NCBI GenBank assembly: GCA_028534125.1
Contig: CM052839.1
Span: forward strand, 45,136,001-45,200,000
Reading direction: 5' to 3'
From: Lama glama
Lineage: Eukaryota
DNA length: 64,000 bases
Shown: positions 19,929 to 33,063 of the stretch, in pieces
How the letters are laid out: each line of letters opens with the position of its first letter
Position numbering within the stretch: position 1 is the first letter of the stretch
Notes under the pieces: generated by a model
The model's input: the letters and a program-made list of their open reading frames with translations, nothing else
Database searches by the model: none
Told to the model about the DNA's origin: nothing
Translations under genes and position numbers: made by a program

Positions 19929-22900
19929 GTGAGCCCCGCGCCCTTGCGCCCGCCCGGGAAGGTGGGGGTACTGGGCCTTCAGGGGTCTTCCTGGTGCGGC
20001 CGCGGGGACCCAGAGCCGGCGGGGCACAGGTTGGCCCGGGCGCCCACGCCCCGACAGCCCCGCGCTGCTCCCACGCGCCCCTCCACGGGCCTCTTCGTGC
20101 GCCCACCGCGCTCCCCGGGACCGGAGCCCTCGGACCTGAGTGGGGCGCGGGCGAGGGGCTGCGGGGGTCCGGGGGCTGCGGGGGTCCGGGGCCGTGGCTG
20201 CCTGTCTCTCTACGCCCCGTGGTGGCTCCGCCGGGCGCGGTTACGCAAGCCTTGGGCACTTTTTTCTAAATAGGCTTTTCCTTTCCACAACTCCTTCCCG
20301 GGTGTTAATGGACATGGCCGTGTGGGAGGTCGCGCGCGGGCAGGTTGGATGGGTGGACAGATAATCCGTCATCTTATGTAACCGCGGAGGGAGAAGACTA
20401 ATTGTGTAGGAGGCTGGCGCGCCTGCCTCTGCTTCTGATGTGTGAGGAGTCTTCTCGCATCCCCCGGTGCGGAACGCCAGTGTGGGTCTGAGCGCGCGCA
20501 GTCCGTGGACCCCCTCGCCGCCCCCGCCCGGGCCGTTTTTGCGCCTTGTGTGCAGGTTGACAGGCACCCAGGTTTCTGTTCCTCAGCATCCATTTTCTCG
20601 GCTTGGACCCCCACCCCCACCCCACAGACACAGACCCAGGCTCCCGGGGGCTCAGGGCTGTTCCCGGCGGCATTTCGTCGCGGGAGATTCATGCCCTGGG
20701 CGGTCCGCGCGGTCCTCTTACAAAACTGTGCTGTTTCAAAACTGTGTCTGAAGGTTGAGCCTTAGGCCGAGGTTGGGGAGTTTGTGTTGACGCGGCGGTG
20801 GCTGGTTCATGGCGGCCGAATGGGATTGCAGCGCGCTGGCGGAGCAACAGTTCCTAATTGTGCGGACAACTACGGCTGTGCCTCCTGAGCCAGCCGCCTG
20901 CCAAGCCCTCTTGGCCGCCCGGGGGGAGGCCTCGGGGCGTGGGGAGGGCTTTAGCTTTCGGCCGGAGTCCGAGGCGGCTGGAGTCTCACGGCTGCTAATG
21001 AAGGTCTTAAAGTTGCAGCTAGGTCACCTGGAGGAATCCTGAAGGCGGTCGGGATCGACTCAGTCAGTTCTGAAGCCATGTTAGAGCGGCGGGTAAACAG
21101 CAGACGGAGCAGCACGTGAAGGGAGCAGCCTTCAGGGTTTTTGTGTTAGTACCGCGTAGAATCGGCGGCATGCGCTTTTGGCGGTGTTGCTCTGTAAGAA
21201 ATGCTGTCAAGGGAAGGAGGTTTATTGAATTATTAGTCATTAGTTTTGTTACGAGTTGCTCATTATTGCAGGGACTGGGAGAGAAGTGCCAGTGGTGGCA
21301 ATTTTCTTTCCTGTTTTCCCTGTTTCTGCACTGAAACCATTAAACAGGAACTTTCTCGGCAAGAACTAGGAGGGGTTCGTGGCGTGGCTTTGCTCTGGGG
21401 AATCCCAGGATCACCCTTAATGGAAGTCTCCCAGCTGGGCAGTCGGATGCATGTAGTTGCAGCAAGGCAGCTTCTAGACCGAGGTGTGATTTGTTTGGAG
21501 GTCTGAAGTGAGGTCTGTCAGCAGGATGGTGGCAGAAAACTGTTAAGATTCGAGTGTTTGGGGACTTTCAGCAGACCAGAGGGTTTTGGGGGCGTATTCA
21601 ACAGGCAGGACTGTGGTTTGTGCTCTGAGGGTCAGCTGACAAGTGAGCCTCCTATGGGAGGGTGTGGCAGAGACCCAGCATTTTTGGGTGGGACACGTTG
21701 GGAGGCAGGTGTCTGCAGAGCGGGCTGCAGGGCTCGGTGGGCAGGCGGGGTTTGCGGGCGGTGCGCCGCCGCCCTGCGGCCTGACCGCCTAGGCTTCCAG
21801 TGCAGCGCTGTTGCTGCTTGTGGTTTGTCCCTGGGGAGCTCGTGGCCCCACCGCAGAGTCGGTGCAGCTCCGATGGCTTTGGCACGCCGGCCGGGCGGAC
21901 ATGGCCCACACGAGGCGCAGTCAGACCGCGGGCCCAGGCGGGTCTGTCCGGGACGCTGCCGCCTCTGTGCCTGGGTTGGCAGCTTGTGGGAGAGTGGCTG
22001 GGAGTGGCCCTACTTGATGTCGCCCCCTGCTGCGGTTCTGCTGTTCGCTTTGGCCCCTCTGTCCACTCAGCTGCAGTTCCGCGTGGTGGTTGCCTTGGCA
22101 GAGAACGGCGTGACGGGGACGCTTGTCCTTGGCCTCCTTGGTTAAAAATGCGAGAATGAAATGCAGTTTTGACTCTCCTCCTTGGAAGACTCGCTAGTGC
22201 TAAACTTAATCTCTCTCCCTGTAGCCTGGCTCCCGTGGGAGCTGTGTCCTCGGGGAACTTCATGGAAGATGAAAGGCTGAGGCTCGAGAGGTCTGCTAAC
22301 TCGCCCTCAGACCCTGGGCAGAGGGACAGGGACTGAAGCTCTCCGGGCTTTCCTGGGGCAGGCCTGGGGCTGGGCCCCTGGGGATGCGGGTGCGCGCAGC
22401 GGAGCTTGCAGCCCCAGCGGCCCTGAGCAGTTGCCCTGGGCAAGGGACAGAGGTGCGGGGTTTGCTGTGCTGCTTAGAATGAAGCTCAAACTGAGCCCTC
22501 TTGGGAGACATGCCAGGCACCCCCAGGTGCTGGGGCGGCCCTTTCTCAGCAGCTGATCTTGGCTCCCGGCTTCGGGGGATTGACTGTCAAGGTGGTGTTT
22601 TTTTTCGTGGTCCTTTATCCCAAGAGGAGCCTTGGTTTCAGGCAGCCTAATGACCTTGGAGGGTAGTGGTTCCAGAAACAGCACTGTGGGCCTCCATGTT
22701 GTCCTGAGGATTTGTTGGGAGGGGGACAGCTTGGGGACGAGGAAGCCCTACGAAGGCCTCGGGCGTGGTTGTTCACCGCGTTTTGTGTCTTGCTCCGCAC
22801 AGCAGGGCTGGTTACCAGAGGCTGTCTGGTCATCCTCGCTCTGCGGCTGTTGTGGGGAAGCCGTCCTGGCCGTGCTGAAGCCGTCCCTTGAAGGTGGCTG

Positions 22901-25637
22901 TCGCCAGTGGGTTCTTGCAGCCAGCATTGGTTGGCTTTGTCTTGGCAGGTGTGAGGTGGGTCATCGGTGCTGGCAGGAAGGGCCCACCTGGACAGGTGAG
23001 AGCCCAATGCCAGCTGGGCAGTCACACCAGACAGTTGGCCACCATCAGAAGCCTGGCACCTGGACTGGCTCTGGCTCCCAGTCAGGGGTGGTGAAGTGGA
23101 CTTTCTGATGGGCGCTTCCTTGGCAACAGAAGTGCCCGCTGGGGAGCAGAGCTGGTGCTCTGCGTGTGCATGTGGTATGTGCTTGTGTGTGTGGGAGCCT
23201 GTGTGCACACGTGTGCATGCAAATGCCTGCTTTGTGTGTTCAGGGGCGTGTGCACAAGGTAGTTTAGGGGCTCCTTGCCTTGTTGAGGTGGCATCTTCCT
23301 ACGAGACAGTGGGCCCTGCTGTCCCCGAGTGGACTCGAGCCTCCGCTCCCTGGAGTGCCGCGTGGCACCATTGCGTCTCCCGTCCTCTCTGGAGTAGCCA
23401 GGGCAGCAGGGGTGGTTTTCTGTCACAATGACCTCTGAGTAGACTGGCTTCAGCAGCTGCTGGTGCCCAGGTCACGTCCCAGAGGTCGTGGGCTCCAAGG
23501 CACAGGGCTCTTGTTGCTGGCCTGTGTGCACGTGTGCTGACGGGTCTGAGGGAGTGATCTGGGGTCCGGCGGCTCTGCAGAGCTCCTCCCTGGGCCAGGA
23601 GTGTCTTGTCTGTACCACGGTCCCTGTGGATCTTGCCCTGAGAATATGTCCTTTGATGGGGGTGCAGCTTGGCTTGTGGGACCGACTATGTGCATGCGAG
23701 GCTCCAGGTGGAGGCTCATGGGGCGTCAGTGGGGAGGCCCGAGGGGTGCTGCAGGAGCTGTGTTCTAGTTGCTACCTTGCCTCAGACTAAGGCTTGCTGA
23801 GGGCAGGCCTTGTCCAGCGGGCCTTCTCCCTAGCTCTCCGGCACAGGTGGTGCTGGGGGGCTACCCAGGTCGGGGCTTTTCAGGGGCAGTGGAGGACTGA
23901 CCGCTGAGCAGAGGGCCACATCCCCTGCCGAGTACAGGGAGGTGGGCTGGCAGGGGGCTCGGGGCCTGGCTGGCAGTCCCCTCCAGTTTGCAGGTCTGGG
24001 GAGCCATGCTTGGGACCAGGAGGGTGGCAGGCAGGGCTGGCCTTGTCACTCGCCCATCCCCGCCAGGCTTGCATGGCCCTCGGCCCGGGCTGCCTGTGCT
24101 GTCCTCCGGAGGGCACACCTGAGCAGTGATCTGGTGGGGGTCCTTGGGTCATTGGCCGCTGGCTCCTGTTCTGTGTCCTTGGCCCACCCCACGTGGCCTT
24201 CCTGGGCACTTCCCCTCGGGCCTCAGATGGGGGAGGCTGTCCTCGTCACGATGCAGGCCTGTGTCCTCTGGGCACTGCCTGGGTGCCTTGGGTGGGGCTG
24301 TCCGCACTGCGCTGCCATCTGCTGCCCACGGGCATGGACCACCCCGGCGCCTTCCTCCAGCACGCTCCCGGCCCCGATGTGTGCGCAGCTGGGAGATGGC
24401 GCGAGGCCCCAACTCTTAGGGGGCACAGGGTGCACAGGGGTGCACCCTGTCCCCCCAGGCGCCCAGGGGCTCCAGCCAGCAGGCCTGGGAGGAGGTTGGC
24501 TCCCAGGTATCTCCTAGTGGAGGAGATGCTGTCCCCACCTGTGCTGCTTCTGAGTAACCAGGTGTGGTGACTCGGGACCCATGTGGCCCCTGACTGTGGG
24601 GCCCCCCGCCTGGAACTGACTGGCCCATGGGTGTCAGTGCTTGGGGACAAGCGGGCCTGGTGTCTGCGTCTCTGTCTGACACTGCCGTGGTCTGTTTTCT
24701 CAGCAGTGGCCCAGAGCCCTGTGGGTTTTGAGGGAGGCGGCAGGCTCGTGTCCCCACGCAGAGTTCCTTTTTCTCAGGGTTTGAAGGCAGGTCGAGGTGT
24801 TGGCTGGGAAGCACCTGGGCCTGCTGTGTCCTGGGCGCCTGGGGTGGCAGCTGGCGGTGCGCAGGTGGGGCCTGACGGGAGACCAAGTCCTGTGTCTGGG
24901 AAGGGAAAACCTTGGGAGCAGGCAGGGGGTCTGCACCTGCATGTGAGCATCCAGCGGGCGGCCTGAGGTGTCGGCAGGACCCTGAGGGTAGTCAGGGTCC
25001 CACGCTGGCCCCTCCCAGCTTTCGCTGCAGGAGCCGTCCTGTCTTGGAAATCTGTCTGGTCCTTGCTCCTGTGGGACGTCCGGCGAACCTCGCCTTTTCT
25101 GCCTCGGGCTCTGGTCGTGTGGAGCCTCGCTCCTGCAGTGAGCACAGGGCCCGGGGTGGTCCCGGGGCCCCGCAGGCTCCCCTTTTGGCTCCAGGGCCTG
25201 CTGGGGGCGTAGGGGCACCAGTCCCAACGTCCTGGGCTGTGAAGTGAGTGTCCCCAGGGGCCCTCCCGCAGACCCCCAGGGCCAGGTGTGTGAGGGGCAC
25301 CCGTGCCCGGGGATCTGCGGACCCTGAGCTGTAAGGTGCCGGGAGAGGCCGTGCTCTGCGAGGAGGAGTCGGGGCCCCAGTCGGGAAAGAGCGTTTTACT
25401 CTCGCTTCGAGTAGTTACTTTTTAGGTACGAAAAGTCCTCTTGGAACTGTTTGGACAGGTTTTTAAAAGTCGTGTATCAAGTGCACGTGGAGTAAATCAG
25501 CAGGGTTTTCCTAGAACCTCTTTGGAGCTTCGTTTCAGTGCGGCCGTCAGGGTCAGGACGCCCTCTGGGCCCACCTTGGCCATCCAGGGGTTGGTAATGG
25601 GGGCTTCCTTCCAAGGCCTCAGACCCTCGTTTTGCTG

Positions 25638-25804
25638 TTTTTTGTTTTGTTTTGTTTCTATTTTTTGCTTTTTTTTTTTTTTGACAGCGGAGGTAATTAG
25701 GTTTGTGTTTATGTATTGTTTTTAATTGTTGGAGACATCGGGGATTGAACCCTGGGCCTCAGGCGTGCGAAGCATGCGCTCTACCGCTGAGCTACGCCCA
25801 CCCC
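25638..25804 (-). mobile_element. tRNA-Ala-derived SINE (camelid-type) with poly(A) tail
   Basis: Minus strand reads GGGGTGGGCGTAGCTCAGCGGTAGAGCGCATGCTTCGCACGCCTGAGGCCCAGGGTTCAATCCCCGATGTCTCCA, then an AT-rich linker, AACCTAATTACCTCC and an A-rich tail. A and B boxes are present. Confidence 0.85.
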
Positions 25805-27329
25805 TTCTGCCATTTTTGTTGCTGGCGTTTTCTTGTTTCTTGATCAAAGGAGGGTTCCCAACAGCCGGGATCCCTGTTCTCCTTCGTCCCTAAGTGGTTT
25901 ATGGGTGCAATGTCCCCACTTGCCCCGTCCAGCTGTGCCAGGGACAGTCACCTGGTAAGTCTGTGCTGGGTGGCGACACACATGATGGATCGTGAAACGT
26001 GCTGGGCTTTCGCAGGTGTCTGTGCCGTGAAAGAAGCCGACGTCTTGGCATTGGAATGGGGGTGGGAGCTTGGTGGGGGAGAGGGTGTGTCCTCAGCCCT
26101 GGGAGCTGGAATTCCGCCCAGAGGCTGTCAGAGCTGACCTGCTAAGGTGAGATGGCCTTGCTGCTTTGAGCGAGTGGGGCTTTTAGAAGAAGGGGTGCGG
26201 TGTGCCCGAGGTGGAGGGCCGGGGGCCCCTCTGCACTCGCTGCCCCTGCCCAGTGGACACCCTGGCAGAACGGGTCTGTTGTCCACACCTCCGTTTATTC
26301 TCACTTGCTCCCTCCCAGGGGAGATGGCGTCCTTTGCAGTCCAGGGACCGATGAAACTCAGGCCACGGCCCATCCGGCCCTTGGGAATCCAGGGTCTTGC
26401 CGGTCCCAGCTAGCAGGTGGTCCGGTGGAGGCGGCCCAGCCAGGGCAGGAGTTCTGCGTTCGGGCTTCTTGCCCCGGCGCTGCTGGGGAGGGACTGATGA
26501 CGGTGCCTGGGCCCGGATGGTCTCATGCTCTCTCTGGTTGCGGCTCTGCGCTGAGGGGAGGGGGCACACTGGCCACGGCCACTTGGGCTTTGCTGTCTGC
26601 TGGTAATTGCGAGTTGTCGTGAGGAGCCTTTGATGGTTGCTCAGGCCCAGCGCCGTTCAAGGGTGGTGTGTGTCCGCATTTGTCCCTGACCCCGCTTTGC
26701 GAGGGGCCCTGGGTGTCCCAGCGGGTGGGGGAGCCTTCGGCGTGTGGGTGGCACGTCCCAGCCGTCAGGGTGCTCGGCTGAGCCCGGGCTGGAGCCAGGC
26801 CTGCCCTTCTGTCTTCCCATTTGAGAATCCCACGGGCCTCAGGCAGGGGTGTTTCGGTTCTGAGTCACCATTTTCTTACCCGTGGAGCCCTTCCTGGCCG
26901 TAGGGCATGTTGGGTGAGTGGTGACGGCGGTGGGCAGCTTTGAGGATGGGAAGTCCCTCAAGGGGCAGGAGGTCCGTGGCGAGGGCGGGGAGACCCATGC
27001 TGAGGCCTCCGTCATCGCTGTCTGACTTCCCGGGTGCCACGTGGCCCGCGGCCCGCCAGCGCGTCCTGCCTGGCGGTGGGCGGAGGGCAGCCCCGGAGTC
27101 GCGGGCCGCGTCCCTGATGGCTCATGGCGTTTCTCGTCCCGCGGGGAGCCCGGCCTCCTGGAACTCGGTTGGAGCCTTCCTAGGGGCAAGGACGTGTCAG
27201 TGGCCTGGGAATGTTCTAACTGGTCAGGCAGTAACTAGAGCTGGTTGTGTTGTCGGCGGTGATACGAGCACTGAGGGCAGGGCCTGAGCGAGGCTGGTGG
27301 GGATCAGCCCGGGGGCGACCTCCTGGGGC

Positions 27330-27618
27330 TGCCAGGCGGCTGGCGCGCCTTTGACCCTGTCTCGCGGGGGGCTGGGCTCCAGGTGTCAGCGGGGCAGGGC
27401 CTCTGCCTCTCCCGGGGGCGTGTGCGGGCCTCCCCCCGCGTCCTCACTGGGTCGTCCTCCGCGTGTCTGTGCCGTGATCTCTTCTCAGAAGGGCACCAGT
27501 CCTGTGGGATTAGGGCCTACGCACGTGACCTCATTTTACCTTGGTCGTCTCTGTAAAGATCCTCTCCGCATAGTCGCCTCTGAGGTGCTGGAGTTAGGGA
27601 CAGAGTCAGCCCCTGTCA
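27330..27618 (-). mobile_element. MLT1 (MLT1B/C-like, ERVL-MaLR) LTR fragment
   Basis: aagggcaccagtcctgtgggattagggcctac...tgacctcattttaccttg...ctctgtaaaga...tctgaggtgctggagttaggg. Confidence 0.75.
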
Positions 27619-30600
27619 CCCGGCAGCCGAGGGGCAGCGGGCTGGGACGCCTGGGCCCGCAGAGACCTGTGTGTTTCCAGGCTGGTGAAGCGCTTCCCTG
27701 CTGCGCGGTCGGGGGTGGTGCTCTGTTACGGCACCCGCACCGGGAAGACCCCCAGGAGCGTGCCATGGTCTCCTCGTGAGAGTGACTGCGGGGAGCACAG
27801 GCTCCAGCCTAGTGCTGACCCAGACGGAAGGCATCTGGCGGGCAGGTGCCCTGGTGCGGGGCCGAGCAGTCGGGCCAGGTGTGGCCAGGCCCAGACACTG
27901 GCAGGCAGGTGTCTGGTGCTCATGGGGCCGTGCCCCACCGTAGTCGGGACGGCCAGACGTGCGTCTGGATAGGAAGGAAGTGGCCAGGCTGGTGGGGCCC
28001 GTTTGGATCCTGCCGTGTGGCTCCTGTTCTGGTGGGGTTTGTCCAGTTCCTGTGGGGCGGCTCTCCCCGTGGGACAGACCCCGCCTGGTGCTCACTGTCC
28101 CCCTCCAGCCTGAGCCCACTTTGGGGCTTGTTGTGCTCATCAGGAGGGGTCAGTTGGGCTTGGGGCACCTGAGAACCCAGGTCCCGAGAGAAGGCTGGGG
28201 TGCGGGGCAGGTGTCCAAGGCCCTAGGACTTGGTGGTGCTGCTCGGCCCCATGAGTGGATGTGGAACTTAGGGAGCTCGGCCGCTCCTTCCTCATCGCAC
28301 GGAGCGGGAAAGGCCCTGCCCTCAGACCAGGACCTGGAGAGTTGGCCAGAATTTTGCCTTTTTCCTCAGGTCACCCATCCTGTGGTTTGGGGCCTCCCAG
28401 ATCCCCTAGCACGGGACCTGCCCCTCGGCCCCTCCTCGTAGGAGGCCAGTGTGCTCCGGGTGTCACTCTGGGCACTGTGTCACAGTCACGAGTTGTCACT
28501 TTATTATAACATTGGCAGCTTCCCAGGAAGCTTACGGAGGCTGAGAACCACGGTTTTGCTGCAGGGCGGCTTCTTGGCCGTTACCACCCCCTCCTCACCC
28601 TTGGCTGGGCTGTGGGTCCAGCAGGAGCCCCCACTACAGTATGAGGGCCACCGCAGCTGCCCTGCAGGTCTCTCCTCTGGCTCCCGGAAGGGCTGGCTGT
28701 GCTCCCCCGCAGCCCACCCCTCACTCGAGGGCGAGGGGCTGTCCCAGGGCAGCACGGGGCCTTGCTTGGTTCTGTTGCAAACGCTCTTTTGTGCACTCTC
28801 CACGGGAGGCTGCATCACTCTCGGACTCCCCATGCTCTGGGGGGCAGGCCCTTGTCCCATCTGGGGGCTATCGGGCTTAGAACGTGCATGTTTGGCGTGG
28901 GGGGCCCTTGTGGTTTGTGGGGTCTCATGGCCCCTGGGGGCGTCCTGTGCAGGGCATGGGGAGGGGAGCCTAGTGCTGTTGAGGTAAAATCCGTCTGTGT
29001 TGAGTGCTACTTGTCTGTCCCTATTTCTCTGGGGGCCTTTCCCGTGGCCCCCACGCACCTTCGCTCTTCCATCCTCACCTCACTGGCTGTTTATTCTGGA
29101 AACGTTTGTGTCCTCTCACTTTCTAAAGTGCAAACCCATTGTCATCTTCGTGAGTCCAGCTGAGAGAGAGCCAGCTGCAGATCTGCCTCCTCCAGGAAGC
29201 TCTCCCAGCACTAACAGAACTCCTGGAGTTGGTTTTCTTCCTTCCAGATGGTCCCCAAGACAGACGTCCAAGTTATCAGAGGGGTGCAGAGCCTTCTCCT
29301 CCCAAGCCCCGCCCGCTCACCGCCCACCACCAGGCGAGAGTCCTGTAGAGCAGCCGGAGAAGGCAGGCTTCCTGGCTCAGGACGGGGGTTCCTCTTGCAG
29401 TGTGAGCGGGCCCACTGCCCAGGGCCTCGGGTGTTGTGCTCCTGGGGGGGCAGCTGCAGCGGGTAGAAGGAGGCTCCTATGGAGGGCCGCTGTCGCCTTG
29501 CCCTGGCAGCTTCTGGGCGGTGACACTGTTGGACGCGGGTTGCTGGTCCCCAAGCTGGTGGCTGCTCCTCCTGCCGCAGAGGTGGGAGGTGGGGGCAGTC
29601 GGGCACCAGGCCCGTCCCTCTGGTGGCCAGGTACCCTGGCACCGGCCCTCACCCTTGTTCTGGCGTTGCCGGAACGTGGCTCCTGAGGGAGCTCAGGGCT
29701 GGCGGAGCTGCCAGGTGACACCTAGTCTTTTCTTGCTGGCCTCTGCAGCCCGAGGAGGGAGGGACGAGCTGGACCGTGAAGCCAGCCTGCAGTTGAAGCC
29801 AAGACTGGCTCCACCAGGGCCCAGCTGGCAGGCTCTTAATCCCCTTGGTCCCCCTGTGAGATGGGGCAGTGGCACCCACAGTCCGTCCAGTGGGGTTCAT
29901 GGTGATCAGGGTGCAAGGCTGTCCCTCCCTGGGTGGCAGAGAGGGTCCCAGCATGGTCTCGTCCTTAAGTTTGTCCTTCCAGGGATCGAGTGTGTAGAGA
30001 GAGCACAGCCTGGCTCGGCCGCATGCACGCAGGCGCACGTGTGCGTGGGATGCAGGCAGACACGCCCGCCTTCTTCGGCAGCAGGAGGCTCGTCACTTCC
30101 TCCGTGCCTGTGGCAGTCCTGCCAGGAAGGTGCTGGGGTGGGGGTGGGGGTGCGTCGCCAGGAGCGGAGCTGAGGGATAAACAGGATCCCCAGCGGGTGA
30201 ACAACGGACCCCGGGCGCAGGCAGCGCAGTCCCTTGGCTGAGCTCCCTTCTACAGTTGTGCTGGTCTCTCTAATTGTGACGCAGAGTTGGAGATGGGGTG
30301 TCCTGCAGCCCTGGGTCTTCATTGGCTGTGGAGACCCAGGACCCAAGTCAGTCAAAGTGGTTGTCACCGTGCAGGCCGCCAGGATGCCCGGGAGTTGAGC
30401 AGGTGGGAAGGCCTCTGTCCGGGCTGGCGGCTCCCAGGGTCCTGCCGACACTGCCCGTGCAGCTGAGCTCGGCCCCTCTCATCCCTTGTGTAGACACACA
30501 GGGCTGGGGTCCCAGGGTGGATGGGGCAGCTGGCCCTAGGACTGGAGGGGTGGCAGGGATGTCCAGTTCTGTGACATCTTAGCAAGAGGGTCACTGCCTG

Positions 30601-32189
30601 CCACTCCTGAGCTTGTGAGCGTCTCTGGCTGAGACCCCCGCCCTCCCTGACCCTCCCTCGGCGTGTGCGGTGGAGGAGGCAGGGAGCCCTCATGGCGCTG
30701 GGCCCACGGACACTGGGGGGGGTGCGGGCAGACACAGTCGAGGCGACGGCAGCGTGTGGAGGGGTGTTGGTCTCACCTGTAGAGCACAGGTCGGAGTTTG
30801 GAGAGGCTGCTGGTCGTTGGCCGTGTTGTGGGGTCTGTGTCCCGGCTGCAGGAAAGTGGCCTCGTGCAGGGGCCTCTCTGTGGCCCTCCAGCGTCACAGC
30901 AGGCATGAGCAAGGCCCCGTGGCCCTGGGGGCAGCTGCACGGTCTGTTCAGGGAGGCCTCCCTCCTAGCCTGGCACTTCTTTGGTGCTGGTGACGAGAGA
31001 CACTCCCTTTTTCTTGGAAAGTAGACAAGGCCGCCTCTTCCCGTCCCGCACGTGCTGTGGGATGTCGGCTCCCTCCCAGCAGAGTCCCACGGAAGACTCC
31101 GTGGTGTGGTGGACAACGGAGCCCTGGGCCCTCTTGGGCAGGGCTTCTGCCTCTGTTGGTGCCCGCGTCCCCTCCCAGGGCCCCGCAGGTGCCTGTGCGC
31201 TGTGTGTGGAGGGAGGCGCTGCACAGACCCCTGGATGGGCAGCCGGCGGGGTGGGGACACTCACCGGCAGTTGGGGGTGGCTGGGCCCCTCCCAAGGCCT
31301 CTGAGGGTGGGTTTGGGCCCTTCATGGGCCTGGGGACGGCATGGCCCGCTGGGTCCAAGAGCCTCTGCGTGCGCCCTAGCACAGTGATGCACTCCAGCTC
31401 TGGGAGGCGCCCACCGGAGGAGCCTCTCCCACAGAGAAGTTCCTTGCGGAGAGGATCTGCCACCAGGGTCCTCCCTACAAGGTCCTCTCGGACCCATCTC
31501 ATCACTGGGGCTGCGTTTCTGGGAGATCAGCGATCTGCAGGCGGGGGCGGGGTGACTGCGCCTTCCTGTGGAAGCCCGCCCTCCGGCCTGGAGCCAGCAT
31601 CCGGGAGGAGCTGGAAGCAAGAGTGGCCCTTTGGCCAGGGCGGGAGGGGCTCGCTGGGACACCAGCCCCACAGTCCTCACGCGTCTGCCGCCGCCTCCAG
31701 GCCGGCGAGGCGGTGGCTGTGTGACCAGGCCGTGCAGCCCAGGTGGCCTGGCTGGCACCCCGCGCTCCTGCCCTGCCCCCTCACTCGCACATTCCTGGTG
31801 CGTGAGCTCAGCGCTGCTCTGAGGAAGTGAAACCTGGCACTGTCCCGTGTGTCACTGGGAGGGCGTGGGCGTATGCCACGGTGACCCCCTGGTTGGCCTG
31901 GGCCTCTGCTGGTCCCCTTCCTGCTGTCCATCAGGATATTTGGGGCTGGAGGGAGCGAGCTGTGGAGCCTCCTCTTCTGCCACGGGGAGGGGCTGCGCTC
32001 AGACACCACCCTCGCCAGTGTCAGCCGTGTACCCGTCACGGCAGCTAGAAACCGTATACGGACAGGGCGCATGCGCGTACACGCCTGACGCTCCGGCGGC
32101 GGGGACCCAGCTGCCCTTGCAGGTTCAGACCCCGTTCTGTTCCGAGGACACGGCCACCCTCCAGCCTTGCTCCGCCCTGACGCGGAGCT

Positions 32190-32689
32190 NNNNNNNNNNN
32201 NNNNNNNNNNNNNNNNNNNNNNNNNNNNNNNNNNNNNNNNNNNNNNNNNNNNNNNNNNNNNNNNNNNNNNNNNNNNNNNNNNNNNNNNNNNNNNNNNNNN
32301 NNNNNNNNNNNNNNNNNNNNNNNNNNNNNNNNNNNNNNNNNNNNNNNNNNNNNNNNNNNNNNNNNNNNNNNNNNNNNNNNNNNNNNNNNNNNNNNNNNNN
32401 NNNNNNNNNNNNNNNNNNNNNNNNNNNNNNNNNNNNNNNNNNNNNNNNNNNNNNNNNNNNNNNNNNNNNNNNNNNNNNNNNNNNNNNNNNNNNNNNNNNN
32501 NNNNNNNNNNNNNNNNNNNNNNNNNNNNNNNNNNNNNNNNNNNNNNNNNNNNNNNNNNNNNNNNNNNNNNNNNNNNNNNNNNNNNNNNNNNNNNNNNNNN
32601 NNNNNNNNNNNNNNNNNNNNNNNNNNNNNNNNNNNNNNNNNNNNNNNNNNNNNNNNNNNNNNNNNNNNNNNNNNNNNNNNNNNNNNNNN
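32190..32689. other. Assembly gap (500 N) in BAIAP2 intron 1
   Basis: Exactly 500 N with CpG-rich flanks. Confidence 0.95.
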
Positions 32690-33063
32690 GAGGAGCCTTT
32701 TGTGTGCGGCCTGCGGGGGGCCCTCCTCGCTGACTCAGCCCTGCCAGACGGGGTGGCGGCCCCTCTGCGCAGCGTGTCTGAGCCCGGCTGTGTGCCGGGT
32801 GCTGCCCACGAGGCCGGCGTGTGCTCGCTTGTGTCATCCGCGGGCCCGATGCAGTGGGGTCTGCTCCTACCCCGCTGTGCAGATGTGCAGGCTGAGGCCC
32901 GGGGCCTTCACCAAGGACACAGCTGGGACTGGACTGGGGCCTGACCATGTCTTCGTGGTCTCCGCCCTGGGCGTAGCACCTGCGGGATTCTCCCCTCACG
33001 GTTCTGACGCCCGGAGCTGCCCGGTGGCCCGTGCCCCTCATGCTATTCTCTTCTCTGTTTCAG

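Larger units (their letters stand above)
19150..21000. promoter_or_regulatory. BAIAP2 promoter CpG island
   Basis: Very high CpG/GC density spanning the promoter, exon 1 and the start of intron 1. Edges judged by eye. Confidence 0.9.

Noticed and set aside
25730-25801. Functional tRNA-Ala(CGC) gene
   Set aside because: The acceptor, anticodon and T stems have mismatches, and the element continues into a SINE body and poly(A) tail.
31677-33041. 454-aa and 365-aa ORFs, and similar ORFs at 108-691 and 9536-10204
   Set aside because: Their length comes from reading through N runs.
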